Below are positions 28,528 to 37,934 of a stretch of DNA of 64,000 nucleotides, in pieces. Numbering within the stretch: the stretch's first letter is position 1; each line of letters begins with the position of its first letter. Location of the stretch: NCBI GenBank assembly GCA_043812655.1, contig JBDRLW010000044.1, positions 32,001-96,000 on the forward strand. The letters are read 5' to 3'. The DNA is from a bacterium. Lineage in GTDB: Bacteria > Margulisbacteria > WOR-1 > O2-12-FULL-45-9 > XYB2-FULL-48-7. The translations under genes and the position numbers were made by a program. The notes under the pieces were generated by a model. That model was not told the origin of the DNA, made no database searches, and was given only the letters and a program-made list of their open reading frames with translations.

Positions 28528-29478
28528 ATGAGCATGAATAAGGTCAAAGGGTTAAAGTCAAAAGACCTCCTCGGCCTCAAGGACCTGGATCTCGAGGAAA
28601 TAAAGCTCATTCTCCGCACTGCCCGCTCGATGAAAGAAGTGCTTAAAAGACCGATCCCCAAAGTCCCCACTTTACTTGGCAAACACATTATCACGCTCTT
28701 CTATGAACCATCGACTAGAACAAGAACCTCGTTCAATACCGCCGCTAAAGTCGTCTCGGCCAATGTCACCAACGTTGCCGTCTCTTCCTCTAGCGTTGCT
28801 AAAGGTGAAAACTTAATTGATACAGTTAAGAACCTGGAGGTAATGGGGCTCGATTGCATCGTTATCCGCCACAGCATGGGAGGAGCTCCTCACCTGGCCG
28901 CTAAAAACTGCCAGGCCTCGGTTATTAACGCCGGCGACGGTTATAATGAACACCCCACTCAAGGCTTGCTTGACATCTTCACCATGATCGAAAAACGCGG
29001 CACAGTTAGAGGGAAAAAGGTCGTGATCGTCGGGGATATCGCCCATTCACGCGTTGCCAGGTCAAATATCTGGGGGCTAAAAAAACTTAACGCCGAAGTC
29101 GTTGTCGTCGGCCCGCCAACGCTCATGCCCAAAGAGATCGAGAAAATGGGGGTCAGGGTCTCATACAAACTTGATGAAGAAATCGAAGATGCCGATTTTA
29201 TTAATATGCTTAGGATCCAGAAAGAGCGGATGGAAAAAGGCCTCTTTCCCTCGATCGAAGAATACGCCGAGCTCTACGGGTTAAATGGGGACCGGATGAA
29301 AAAAGCTAAAAACGATGTCGTCGTCATGCATCCCGGACCGATCAATCGCGGCGTGGAAATCTCCTCCGAAGTCGCCGACGGGCCAAACAACGTGATCCTT
29401 GACCAAGTAACCAACGGGGTCGCTGTCCGGACCGCTGTCTTACTGCTTCTCTTGAGCGGAAAATCTAGTTCTCAATAA
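28528..29478 (+). CDS. pyrB: Aspartate carbamoyltransferase catalytic subunit
   Basis: FYEPSTRTRTSF, NAGDG.NEHPTQ, HPGPINRGVEI. Confidence 0.96.
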   Translation: MSMNKVKGLKSKDLLGLKDLDLEEIKLILRTARSMKEVLKRPIPKVPTLLGKHIITLFYEPSTRTRTSFNTAAKVVSANVTNVAVSSSSVAKGENLIDTVKNLEVMGLDCIVIRHSMGGAPHLAAKNCQASVINAGDGYNEHPTQGLLDIFTMIEKRGTVRGKKVVIVGDIAHSRVARSNIWGLKKLNAEVVVVGPPTLMPKEIEKMGVRVSYKLDEEIEDADFINMLRIQKERMEKGLFPSIEEYAELYGLNGDRMKKAKNDVVVMHPGPINRGVEISSEVADGPNNVILDQVTNGVAVRTAVLLLLLSGKSSSQ

Positions 29479-30793
29479 TCCCTTTTCCTTTATGGACTAC
29501 GGCTAACTCTTCTTTCATTTCTCCAAGATTTTTGCCAGCCAAGGGATATAAGAACATGATAAGAAAGCTGACCAAGAGGGCAGCAATTGGCAAGGCGGCG
29601 ATCAAAACCCTGACGCCGGAAATAAAATCGGCCGGCTGGGTGTAAACATAAGGGTTATAACCAGACGCCATAAAAACCCAGCTGATGCAAAAAGTCTCCA
29701 TCCCGATCGCGAAGCGGGTAATAAAAGCGTTCATCCCGTAAAACATCCCCTCCCGCCTTTCCCCTGTTTTAATTTCGTCTTCATCAATTACGTCAGCGAT
29801 CAAAAGGTCGACCACTAAAATAAGCCCGGCTAACCCGGCGCCAAGCAAGCTTGAAACCAACAGTATTTTATTAAATTCTGAAACGACAAGCAGCGGGACC
29901 AAGGCGACGATCACTACTACCATGGCAGACAAAAAGCATTTTTTCGCCCCAAAAAGGAGGGCGATTTTTTGCCAGACAAAAAGCATTGGGATCACTGTTA
30001 AAAACGCGATCGCTAAAATATAAGTAATACTTACGGAAGGCACAGCTAAGACATATTTAGCGAAAAACGGGATCATTGCTAAAACCATGGTAAAAGAGAA
30101 CTGGATAAAAAGATTGGCCAAGACCAAAGTCATGAAGGAACGATTTTCCAGTGTCGCTCTTAGCGCTTGTGGAAAACGAAGCCTTTTATCTTTGGCTAGT
30201 TCCGGCCGCTCATGGCTCCCAAGGATCGCAATAAATAAGGTTAAAAAGATTATGCTTCCTAAGATACCCCCCATCCATCCCCAACCCAAGGAGCTATAGA
30301 TCAATGGGGGAATAACTACGCCGATCAAAAGACCAAAGATCCCTAAGCTTTGGCGGAAAGCGTTAACGCTGGCCCGTTCTTTAAGGCTAAAAAACATTTC
30401 AGGAAATAAGGCCGCCCAATTTAAATTGACGATTGAGTACAAAGCGTCAAAAATAAAGATCACTGCCAAAAAATAGGCAAAAAGTTGGACTTCCTGGTTA
30501 ATTCCGTTAAACGGTGGTGTCCAGATCAAGCAATAAACGATGACAAGGGGAAGGGCGCCAAAGATCAAGTATGGGATCCGGCGTCCAAAGTGTGACCTGG
30601 TATTATCAGAAAGAAAACCAATGATCGGGTCATTAACCGCGTTCCAAAAAGCAAAAATAAGCATCCCGACCCCGGCATAATAAACCGGCAGCTTCATCAC
30701 GTCAACATAGAAAAAGATGACAAAAACCGAAAAAGACTGATAAGCAATCGCGCTTGAGGCCGCTCCAAAACTATAGGCGATCTTCTTTAGCAC
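29465..30793 (-). CDS. MFS sugar transporter (GPH/MelB family)
   Basis: NAVNDPIIGFLSD.TRSHFGRRIPY, ADVIDEDE..TGERREG; 12 TM. Confidence 0.88.
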   Translation of the reverse strand: MLKKIAYSFGAASSAIAYQSFSVFVIFFYVDVMKLPVYYAGVGMLIFAFWNAVNDPIIGFLSDNTRSHFGRRIPYLIFGALPLVIVYCLIWTPPFNGINQEVQLFAYFLAVIFIFDALYSIVNLNWAALFPEMFFSLKERASVNAFRQSLGIFGLLIGVVIPPLIYSSLGWGWMGGILGSIIFLTLFIAILGSHERPELAKDKRLRFPQALRATLENRSFMTLVLANLFIQFSFTMVLAMIPFFAKYVLAVPSVSITYILAIAFLTVIPMLFVWQKIALLFGAKKCFLSAMVVVIVALVPLLVVSEFNKILLVSSLLGAGLAGLILVVDLLIADVIDEDEIKTGERREGMFYGMNAFITRFAIGMETFCISWVFMASGYNPYVYTQPADFISGVRVLIAALPIAALLVSFLIMFLYPLAGKNLGEMKEELAVVHKGKGIIEN

Positions 30794-30801
30794 AATAAAA
30801 A

Positions 30802-30975
30802 CTAAATGTTGATCGCTTCAACCGGGCAGGCGCTAGCAACTTCTTCCAAGTTATGGGTGCCGCATTCTTGTTTGGTCGCCTGGGCTTTACCATCTTCGAT
30901 CATCACAAAAACTTCAGGACACATATCAACACAAACGCCGCAACCGATGCAAAGTGCTTGGTCAACAGATACCAT
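30802..30975 (-). CDS. Single-cluster ferredoxin (57 aa; below ORF-track cutoff)
   Basis: Manual translation MVSVDQALCIGCGVCVDMCPEVF...SACPVEAINI; SD AAGGGGGA. Confidence 0.88.
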   Translation of the reverse strand: MVSVDQALCIGCGVCVDMCPEVFVMIEDGKAQATKQECGTHNLEEVASACPVEAINI

Positions 30976-31015
30976 TAGTGAGTCCCCCTTTCATTTTAAT
31001 ATTGAAATTATACTA

Positions 31016-31690
31016 CTAACCGCGCTTTTTCGGAAGATGTTTTATGACTTTCCCTTCAACCATATAGACTACATCTTCGGCAATATTGGTAGCGTGGTCG
31101 GCGATCCGCTCCAAGTGGCGGGAAATAATGATAAGAGGGAGCGCTCGATTAGTTGTTGAAGCATCTTTATTCATGATCTCCGTTAATTCATCATAAATAA
31201 GGTCTCGATAGCTATCGACTTTATTTTCATCTGCCCACAGAGAGGCCGCGATAGTAGCGTCCCGTCTAACAAAAGAGTCTAGCGCGGTGTGGACCATTTT
31301 TTCGGCCAGTTCAGCCATTTTCGGAATATCGACCAGCGGTTTAAGCAGTGGCAGCGAAGAAAGTTCGATCGCCCGCTGGGCGATATCGACCGACAGGTCT
31401 CCAATGCGTTCCAGGTCAGAACCGATCCTCATCCCGGTCGTGATAAAGCGCAAGTCGATCGCCATCGGCTGCTGCGTCGCCAAAAGCTCGAGACAAATGT
31501 CATCTATTTTAAGTTCAATATCATCGATCGCGTCATCTGATTCAATGATCGCCTTAGCTAGGCCGGCGTCGGCTTTTTTTAACGCTTCGACTGAACTAAA
31601 TATGCTTTTCTCTACCATCCCGCCCATCTTCAAGATCAAGTCGTTCAACTTCGCCAACTCTTTTTGAAAATGCTCTCTGCCGTCTATCAT
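31016..31690 (-). CDS. phoU: Phosphate uptake regulator PhoU (copy 1)
   Basis: QQPMAIDLR, DLERIGD, HLERIADHATNIAE. Confidence 0.93.
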   Translation of the reverse strand: MIDGREHFQKELAKLNDLILKMGGMVEKSIFSSVEALKKADAGLAKAIIESDDAIDDIELKIDDICLELLATQQPMAIDLRFITTGMRIGSDLERIGDLSVDIAQRAIELSSLPLLKPLVDIPKMAELAEKMVHTALDSFVRRDATIAASLWADENKVDSYRDLIYDELTEIMNKDASTTNRALPLIIISRHLERIADHATNIAEDVVYMVEGKVIKHLPKKRG

Positions 31691-31691
31691 A

Positions 31692-32444
31692 TTAACCAAA
31701 CCTCCCTGTTATATAATCTTCCGTCTTTTTTTCGCGCGGGGTGGTGAAAAGCTGCTTGGTCTCGCCTTTTTCCACCAACTCGCCGAGAAGCATAAAACCG
31801 CAATCGTCGGATATCCTGGCTGCCTGCTGCATATTATGCGTCACGATGATGATAGTATACTGTTTTTTTAGCTGGGTCATCAACTCTTCGATCTTCATTG
31901 TCGCCAACGGATCAAGCGTCGAGCACGGTTCATCCATCAATAAAACCTCCGGCAAAACTGAAAGCAGCCTAGCAATACAAAGCCTTTGCTGCTGCTCCAG
32001 CGATAGCGTTAAGGCATTGGCCGACAATTTATCTTTTAATTCATCGAACAACAAGACTGATGAAAGTGATTTTTCGGCTGCCGCCTCAAGTTTTTGACGG
32101 TTTTTCTCGCCATGGATCCGCAATCCGTAAACAACATTTTCAAAGACCGATAAGGGAAAAGGATTTGGCCGCTGGAAAACCATCCCCACCCGTTTCCTAA
32201 GTTTGATCAAGTCTTCGCCCTCATCCAATATCTCTTCGCCTCCATACTTAACGCTCCCGGTTATTTTTATCCCTTCGATCAGGTCGTTCATCCGGTTAAA
32301 TACCCGCAGCAGCGTTGATTTACCGCAACCCGACGGGCCGATCAAAGCGGTGATCTTATTCTTCTCAACCTCAAGTGAGACATCAATCAAAGCTTTGAAT
32401 GTCCCGTACCATAAATTCAATTTATTGGTTTCGATAATATTCAC
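31692..32444 (-). CDS. pstB: Phosphate ABC ATPase with degenerate signature (LSLEQ)
   Basis: [31 protein letters not shown]. Confidence 0.9.
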   Translation of the reverse strand: MNIIETNKLNLWYGTFKALIDVSLEVEKNKITALIGPSGCGKSTLLRVFNRMNDLIEGIKITGSVKYGGEEILDEGEDLIKLRKRVGMVFQRPNPFPLSVFENVVYGLRIHGEKNRQKLEAAAEKSLSSVLLFDELKDKLSANALTLSLEQQQRLCIARLLSVLPEVLLMDEPCSTLDPLATMKIEELMTQLKKQYTIIIVTHNMQQAARISDDCGFMLLGELVEKGETKQLFTTPREKKTEDYITGRFG

Positions 32445-33196
32445 TAGCCGAACCTCCCGGTAATGTAATCCTCGGTCCGTTTGTCTTTGGGAACGGTGAA
32501 AAGTTGGTTGGTCTCACCTATTTCAACCATTTCACCCATTAAGAAGAAGGCGGTCCGGTCTGAAACACGGGCCGATTGTTTTACATTATTAGTAACTAAT
32601 ATCTGCGTATAATTTTTCTTAAGGACCCGCATCGCTTCTTCGACTTTTAACGTCGAGATCGGGTCGAGGCCAGAACAAGGTTCATCATAAAGGATCACTT
32701 CGGGCTCCACCGCCAGTGTTCGCGCGATACAAAGGCGTTGTTGTTGTCCGCCGGAAAGTTTGAAGGCTGAAGTTTTAAGCCGATCCTTAACTTCATCCCA
32801 GATCGCGGCGGCTTTCAGCGATCTTTCCACTATCTCTGTCAATTGCTTGAGGTTTTTTATCCCGTGCATCCTGGGACCGTAGGCGACATTATCAAAGATC
32901 GAAAGAGGGAGCGGCAGCGGCAGGGCAAAAACGATCCCTACTCTTTTGCGCAAAAGATGTTTATCGATCCGACAAAAAATATCCTCACCGTCAAGCAAGA
33001 CCTCACCGGTTGTTTTTGAGTTCGGATAAAGCTCATTCAACCGGTTGAGGGTCCGTAAAAATGAGGTTTTACCGCTATTCGACGGCCCGATTATCCCTAA
33101 TATTTCATTGGCTTTAACCTCAAGCTCCAGATCTTTTATCGCGTGCTGTTTCTCGTACCAAACATTTAACTTTTCGACTTTTATTTTGGTGGTCAT
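32444..33196 (-). CDS. pstB: Phosphate ABC ATPase with degenerate Q- and H-loops
   Basis: GPSNSGKT, FALPLP, LSGGQ, YDEP, VTNN, YITGRFG. Confidence 0.88.
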   Translation of the reverse strand: MTTKIKVEKLNVWYEKQHAIKDLELEVKANEILGIIGPSNSGKTSFLRTLNRLNELYPNSKTTGEVLLDGEDIFCRIDKHLLRKRVGIVFALPLPLPLSIFDNVAYGPRMHGIKNLKQLTEIVERSLKAAAIWDEVKDRLKTSAFKLSGGQQQRLCIARTLAVEPEVILYDEPCSGLDPISTLKVEEAMRVLKKNYTQILVTNNVKQSARVSDRTAFFLMGEMVEIGETNQLFTVPKDKRTEDYITGRFG

Positions 33197-34044
33197 CACC
33201 AAGTCTTCCTCTTTCTTAATTTTGACCTAAGCCAGGCGGCCAAAATATTCATTATAAAGATCATGCCGACTAAAACTAAAACCGTCCCATATTGGATCTT
33301 GACGCTGACGTTCGGTACCTGGGTCGATAAAACGTAAATATGATAAGGGAGGGCCATCGCTTGGTCGTAAACCGATTGCGGCAGGCGCGGCAGGTAAAAA
33401 GCCGCTACAGTAAAAAGAATCGGCGCTGTTTCCCCAGCGGCTCGAGATAAACCCAAGATCGCTCCGGTAATTATCCCCGGCAAGGCATTCGGCAAGACCA
33501 CGTGGCGGACAGTTTGCCATCTCGTTGCCCCGAGTGAAAAACTAACTTCCCTGAAAGACTTGGGAACAGCGCTTAGCGCTTCTCTCGTCGCCGTAATAAT
33601 TACCGGCAAGGTCATGATCGCCAGCGTCAGCGACCCGGCCAAGATCGAAGCGCCAAAATTAAGGAACGTCACAAAGAGCCCAAGACCAAATAGGCCGTAG
33701 ACGATCGAAGGGACCCCGGCCAAATTAATGATCGCCAGTTCGATCAATCTTGTTAACCAGTTTTTGGCCGCGTATTCATTAAGATAGATCGCCGCCATTA
33801 TCCCAAAAGGGAGAGAAAAGACCGCTGTCCCGATCACTAGATAAATCGTGCCGACGATCGCCGGAAAGATCCCCCCAGCCCTCATCCCATCTCTCGGCAT
33901 TGACAAGAGAAATTCCGGGGTCAAGCCGGGCAGGCCTCTAACCACTACTAAAACCATGATCAAAACCACTGGCATTACAACTAAAATTGTCGCCAAGAAT
34001 AAAAGGCTGAAAGCTATTTTTTGTTTTAAGGTTGAGTCGATCAT
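33196..34044 (-). CDS. pstA: Phosphate ABC permease PstA
   Basis: [21 protein letters not shown]. Confidence 0.92.
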   Translation of the reverse strand: MIDSTLKQKIAFSLLFLATILVVMPVVLIMVLVVVRGLPGLTPEFLLSMPRDGMRAGGIFPAIVGTIYLVIGTAVFSLPFGIMAAIYLNEYAAKNWLTRLIELAIINLAGVPSIVYGLFGLGLFVTFLNFGASILAGSLTLAIMTLPVIITATREALSAVPKSFREVSFSLGATRWQTVRHVVLPNALPGIITGAILGLSRAAGETAPILFTVAAFYLPRLPQSVYDQAMALPYHIYVLSTQVPNVSVKIQYGTVLVLVGMIFIMNILAAWLRSKLRKRKTW

Positions 34045-34907
34045 CTTTTCTTCCTATGTAAAAACATGTCGGCGGTCAAGTTGATCGCAAAGCTGATAAT
34101 AAAAAGGATTATCCCGATCGCAAAAAGAGCGTAATAGTGACTGCTGCCGGAAACCGCCTCTCCCATTTCAGCCGCGATCGTCGCCGTTAGTGTCCTAACC
34201 GGCTGGAGCAAGCTGGTTGGCATAACAGCCGCGTTGCCGGTGATCATCAGGACCGCCATCGTCTCCCCGATCACCCGCCCAATGCCCAGCATTACCGCCG
34301 CTAGTATGCCCGATGAAGCGGCCGGTAAGATCACCCGATAAATTGTTTGCCACTGGGTCGCCCCAAGCGCCAGTGATCCTTCTTTATAATTGCGCGGGAT
34401 CGAAACGATAGAGTCTTCTATGATCGAAACAATGGTCGGCAGCGCCATAAAAGCCAGCATGATCGAACCGGCCAACGCCGTCAGCCCGCTGGGCAGGCCA
34501 AAGACCCCTTTCAAAAATGGTGCTAGCGTCACAATGCCGATAAAACCAAGGACAATACTGGGGATCGCCGCCAGAAGCTCTATTCCGGTCTTTAAAATAT
34601 CGCGCAACCATTTGGGGGCGACTTCCGCCACGTAGATCGCCGCTGCCAAACCTAATGGGACCGCAATAATGATCGCGCCAAAAGTCACGATCACCGACCC
34701 TAAGATCAATGGCAAGACCCCAAATTGAGGGGGATCAGAGATCGGATACCAATTTTTACCGAACAAGAAAGCCAGAACATTTTCGCTGGCGAACAGGGAA
34801 AGCCCTTCTTTGAGCAGGAAGATAAAGATCAAAACAACAAAAACGATCGAGGCTATCCCCGAAGCAAAGATCGCTTTTTCAATAATAAACTCTATCGGTC
34901 TTTTCAT
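34041..34907 (-). CDS. pstC: Phosphate ABC permease PstC
   Basis: ELLAAIPSIV, GRVIGETMAV. Confidence 0.92.
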   Translation of the reverse strand: MKRPIEFIIEKAIFASGIASIVFVVLIFIFLLKEGLSLFASENVLAFLFGKNWYPISDPPQFGVLPLILGSVIVTFGAIIIAVPLGLAAAIYVAEVAPKWLRDILKTGIELLAAIPSIVLGFIGIVTLAPFLKGVFGLPSGLTALAGSIMLAFMALPTIVSIIEDSIVSIPRNYKEGSLALGATQWQTIYRVILPAASSGILAAVMLGIGRVIGETMAVLMITGNAAVMPTSLLQPVRTLTATIAAEMGEAVSGSSHYYALFAIGIILFIISFAINLTADMFLHRKKR

Positions 34908-35755
34908 GGTTGATGTATAGGCACAAAGTCCATCTTAAGCACTATTTCCTGGCCTGCCCGGCTAAAAACATAATCAATGAACGCCTTAACTTCGCCAGAG
35001 GGGACGCCATTAGTGTAAAATAAAAGCGACCGGGAAATAGGATATTTTTTCTGCACTACGCTTTTGACAGAAGGAACAACGTAAGGACCATCATTACTTT
35101 TAGCGACCGCCAACGCCTTTTCTTTTTTTGTCAGGTAGCCAAGGCCAATATATCCGATCGCTGCGGGATTAGCGTCAACTTCTTCAATGATCGCTTGGGA
35201 TGAAGGCATCATCAAGATCGACGGGGCAAATTCATTTGGGTTTTTCTTTTCACCTAGTTTAACAACTTCTTCTAAAAAGAAAACATGAGTCCCGGAATTG
35301 CGCTCACGGGAAAGGGCGACGATCCGCTTATTTTGGCCGCCAACCTCCTGCCAGTTCTTGATCTTTCCGGTAAAAATACCTGAAAGCTGGCCAATAGTCA
35401 GCTTGTTGACCGGATTAGCAGGATTAACCGCAACAACAATGCCATCATTTGCAACATGCCATTCGACCGGCTCAACCCCATGTTTTTCGGCCATTTTTAT
35501 CTCTTTGGCTTTGATGTTTCGTGAACACTGGGCAATGTCGGTAGCATTGGCGATGATCGCGGCAATTCCAGTCCCTGATCCCCCGCCCGTAATGGCGATC
35601 GCGGTTTCAGGGTGGATATTCATGTATTGTTCCGCCCAAGCTTGGGCAAGATTAACCATGGTATCGGAACCTTTGATCTGCATCGCTTTTTGCGACCTGG
35701 TACAGCCAAGGAGTGAAGCCAGAACAAGAAGGACTACCAGCAGTCTTATCTTCAT
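34904..35755 (-). CDS. pstS: Phosphate-binding lipoprotein (short PstS type)
   Basis: Lipobox LLGC; KGSDT, GGGSGTG, RERNSGT, YPISR. Confidence 0.9.
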   Translation of the reverse strand: MKIRLLVVLLVLASLLGCTRSQKAMQIKGSDTMVNLAQAWAEQYMNIHPETAIAITGGGSGTGIAAIIANATDIAQCSRNIKAKEIKMAEKHGVEPVEWHVANDGIVVAVNPANPVNKLTIGQLSGIFTGKIKNWQEVGGQNKRIVALSRERNSGTHVFFLEEVVKLGEKKNPNEFAPSILMMPSSQAIIEEVDANPAAIGYIGLGYLTKKEKALAVAKSNDGPYVVPSVKSVVQKKYPISRSLLFYTNGVPSGEVKAFIDYVFSRAGQEIVLKMDFVPIHQP

Positions 35756-35775
35756 ATGATTATTATCTAATAATT

Positions 35776-35815
35776 ATGTTACATAATTATTACGGCCAAG
35801 TTAATTAATAGTTAA
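35776..35815 (-). promoter_or_regulatory. Pho-box-like array of four 11-bp-spaced repeats
   Basis: Minus strand TTAACTA-N4-TTAACTT-N4-GTAATAA-N4-GTAACAT just upstream of pstS. Confidence 0.65.
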
Positions 35816-35908
35816 CATAACCTGAGGCCAACGGTTCAATCTATCTATCTTGTGCCAGCCATCTATATATGGTATAGATATACAGCCAGTCTCCAAGGAG
35901 GAATTAAG

Positions 35909-36337
35909 ATGAAGAAAGCCGTTATTTTTCTTATCGGATCATTTGCGGTCGTTTTAATTTTTGTCGCCTTCAGCCGATCAAGCGCCTTGCCTGATCTAGT
36001 TGTTGAAAATATAAAGGTTGACGCTTCCGCTCTTAATAAAAATAAGACGGTAAAGATAAAGTACACCGTTAAGAACCAGGGGAAAACCACCGCCGGAAAA
36101 TCGATCGCCTTCCTTGATATTGCCAGCAACCCCACGAAAGACTTACATCAGTCGATCAAGCAATCTATCCCCTCCCTGCCCCCAAACCAAAGCTATACCA
36201 CGGAGATCAGCTACCCGATCAAAACTACCGGTGATTTACAGATCAAAGCGACCGCTGATTATAAAAACAAGATCACCGAGGGGAGCGAATTGAACAACAG
36301 CAACACGATTAAGTTTTCGGTCGGTTTTGGATTGTAG
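35909..36337 (+). CDS. Secreted CARDB/Ig-like domain protein
   Basis: Signal peptide; LPDLVV, TVKNQG, ADYKNKITEGSELNN; SD AAGGAGG. Confidence 0.75.
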   Translation: MKKAVIFLIGSFAVVLIFVAFSRSSALPDLVVENIKVDASALNKNKTVKIKYTVKNQGKTTAGKSIAFLDIASNPTKDLHQSIKQSIPSLPPNQSYTTEISYPIKTTGDLQIKATADYKNKITEGSELNNSNTIKFSVGFGL

Positions 36338-36340
36338 TAG

Positions 36341-36769
36341 CTATTCTTTCTTAGTTAGTGATAAGTTAAAGGGGCAATTAATATCTTTTTTATCTTTATC
36401 CACGATCCTTATCGTCTTGTCGTCCACCATTAAATAGTAGGCCGTTTTGGCCGGGTGGTCAAAATCGATCTCAATTAAAACAGCCTCCGATTGGCCGGGG
36501 CGCCCTTTACTTTTCCGCCATTTACCATAAGCATAATAGGTTTTATCTTTTCCGTTTTCGGCCTCAATGTAGGTTGACTGGATTTTATACTTCCCCGGAT
36601 CCCCTTCATATAGCGTAAGGGTTTCCCGCAAACCAGGGCAATCAGCGGCAGGGAGCATTCCCTCGTAAACCGCTAAAATACGATCATTAGAAGTAAAAGC
36701 CCGATAGAAGAAATAAGCCAGCACGGCCACCGCCAGTAAACCGATCAAAAGAAAGATCGTTTTTTTCAT
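36341..36769 (-). CDS. NlpE N-terminal-like (copper resistance) protein
   Basis: YEGMLPAADCPGLRETLTL. Confidence 0.75.
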   Translation of the reverse strand: MKKTIFLLIGLLAVAVLAYFFYRAFTSNDRILAVYEGMLPAADCPGLRETLTLYEGDPGKYKIQSTYIEAENGKDKTYYAYGKWRKSKGRPGQSEAVLIEIDFDHPAKTAYYLMVDDKTIRIVDKDKKDINCPFNLSLTKKE

Positions 36770-36829
36770 AGCTAAAGCGATTATACGCCTTGATTTATCT
36801 TTGTCAAACACTTAAGATTATTGTGTCAG

Positions 36830-37891
36830 ATGAAACATTTTTTTGTTTTAGCTTTTTGTTTGCTGGCTATTTTTCCGTCTCTTGCCATGAATGTCGGCAA
36901 GACAGGCGAAGCAGTCGGCTTCCCTTATATCATATATAACTCGACCGACGGCGTTTACTACGGCTTGATCGGCGAAGCAAAGAATTTGCTTGGCCGCGAT
37001 GAATCTTTTACCCTTGGCGGGCAGGTCATCCCAGCTGGAGGGAACTCGGCTAACTTTATTTTGTCTTTCCCCGATGCTGACGACCGTCATGGCAAAATGT
37101 TCCCGCTGGGTTTTGACCTATATGGGGAGTTGGGCGATAAATACCTGGATAGATATTATGGCTTAGGAGGAAATACTCCCAGTTCAGGTTATACGACCTT
37201 TAACAACCGTTATAATAAAATGACTTTTAAGTTCACCCGCCCATTTACTCCTAAACTTTTGGGGGAATTCGATGTCTATACTAGTACTAATGATCCCTAT
37301 TCGATAACCCAAGGACTTAGCCCTATCACTCCTGCCATCATCGCCGATACCAATGACTACGCCGGAACTTCGATTAAACTGCTAGTTGATACCCGCGATC
37401 AAAACCTTGACCCGCACACCGGTTTATATTTTATTAACAACCTTGATTTTGGCGTCAGGAATTGCGATTACAAAAAAGTCGGGCTAGATCTAAGGAATTA
37501 TACCAATCCCATAAATTCCAGCCAGGTCCTAGCTTCTAGATTTATGGTCCAGCAGGCTTTTGGCGATGTTATCCCTCTTTATGAATATCCTTTTTTGGGA
37601 GGAAGAGACACCCTCCGCGGTTATACGACTGGCCGTTGGCGGGACAAAGCCGCCGCCCTGCTCAATTTGGAGTACCGTTCTCCTCTTTTTACCGATTGGA
37701 TACAAGGGGTTTTATTTTATGAAGCGGGCAAAGTGGGGCCAGTTCTCACTGATATCGGCCTTGACCGTTGGCCTAGCGATTATGGTTTTGGGGTTCATCT
37801 TATCCTGGGGGATACTATGCTGGTTCGCGGTGATTTTGGCTTTGGCTCCGAAGGGATGAACGCCTACTTCTTCTACGGCCAGGCCTTTTGA
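36830..37891 (+). CDS. Omp85 (BamA/TamA-family) beta-barrel without POTRA domains
   Basis: LGGRDTLRGY (VRGY-like motif), EYR, C-terminal YGQAF. Confidence 0.75.
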   Translation: MKHFFVLAFCLLAIFPSLAMNVGKTGEAVGFPYIIYNSTDGVYYGLIGEAKNLLGRDESFTLGGQVIPAGGNSANFILSFPDADDRHGKMFPLGFDLYGELGDKYLDRYYGLGGNTPSSGYTTFNNRYNKMTFKFTRPFTPKLLGEFDVYTSTNDPYSITQGLSPITPAIIADTNDYAGTSIKLLVDTRDQNLDPHTGLYFINNLDFGVRNCDYKKVGLDLRNYTNPINSSQVLASRFMVQQAFGDVIPLYEYPFLGGRDTLRGYTTGRWRDKAAALLNLEYRSPLFTDWIQGVLFYEAGKVGPVLTDIGLDRWPSDYGFGVHLILGDTMLVRGDFGFGSEGMNAYFFYGQAF

Positions 37892-37934
37892 TCAAACCTC
37901 AAAATAAAGGCAAAGGTGTTATAATAAAATCACT

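Noticed and set aside
28500..28694. Extended start of apbE
   Set aside because: Overlaps pyrB on the opposite strand; ATG 28499 gives a normal N-terminal anchor.
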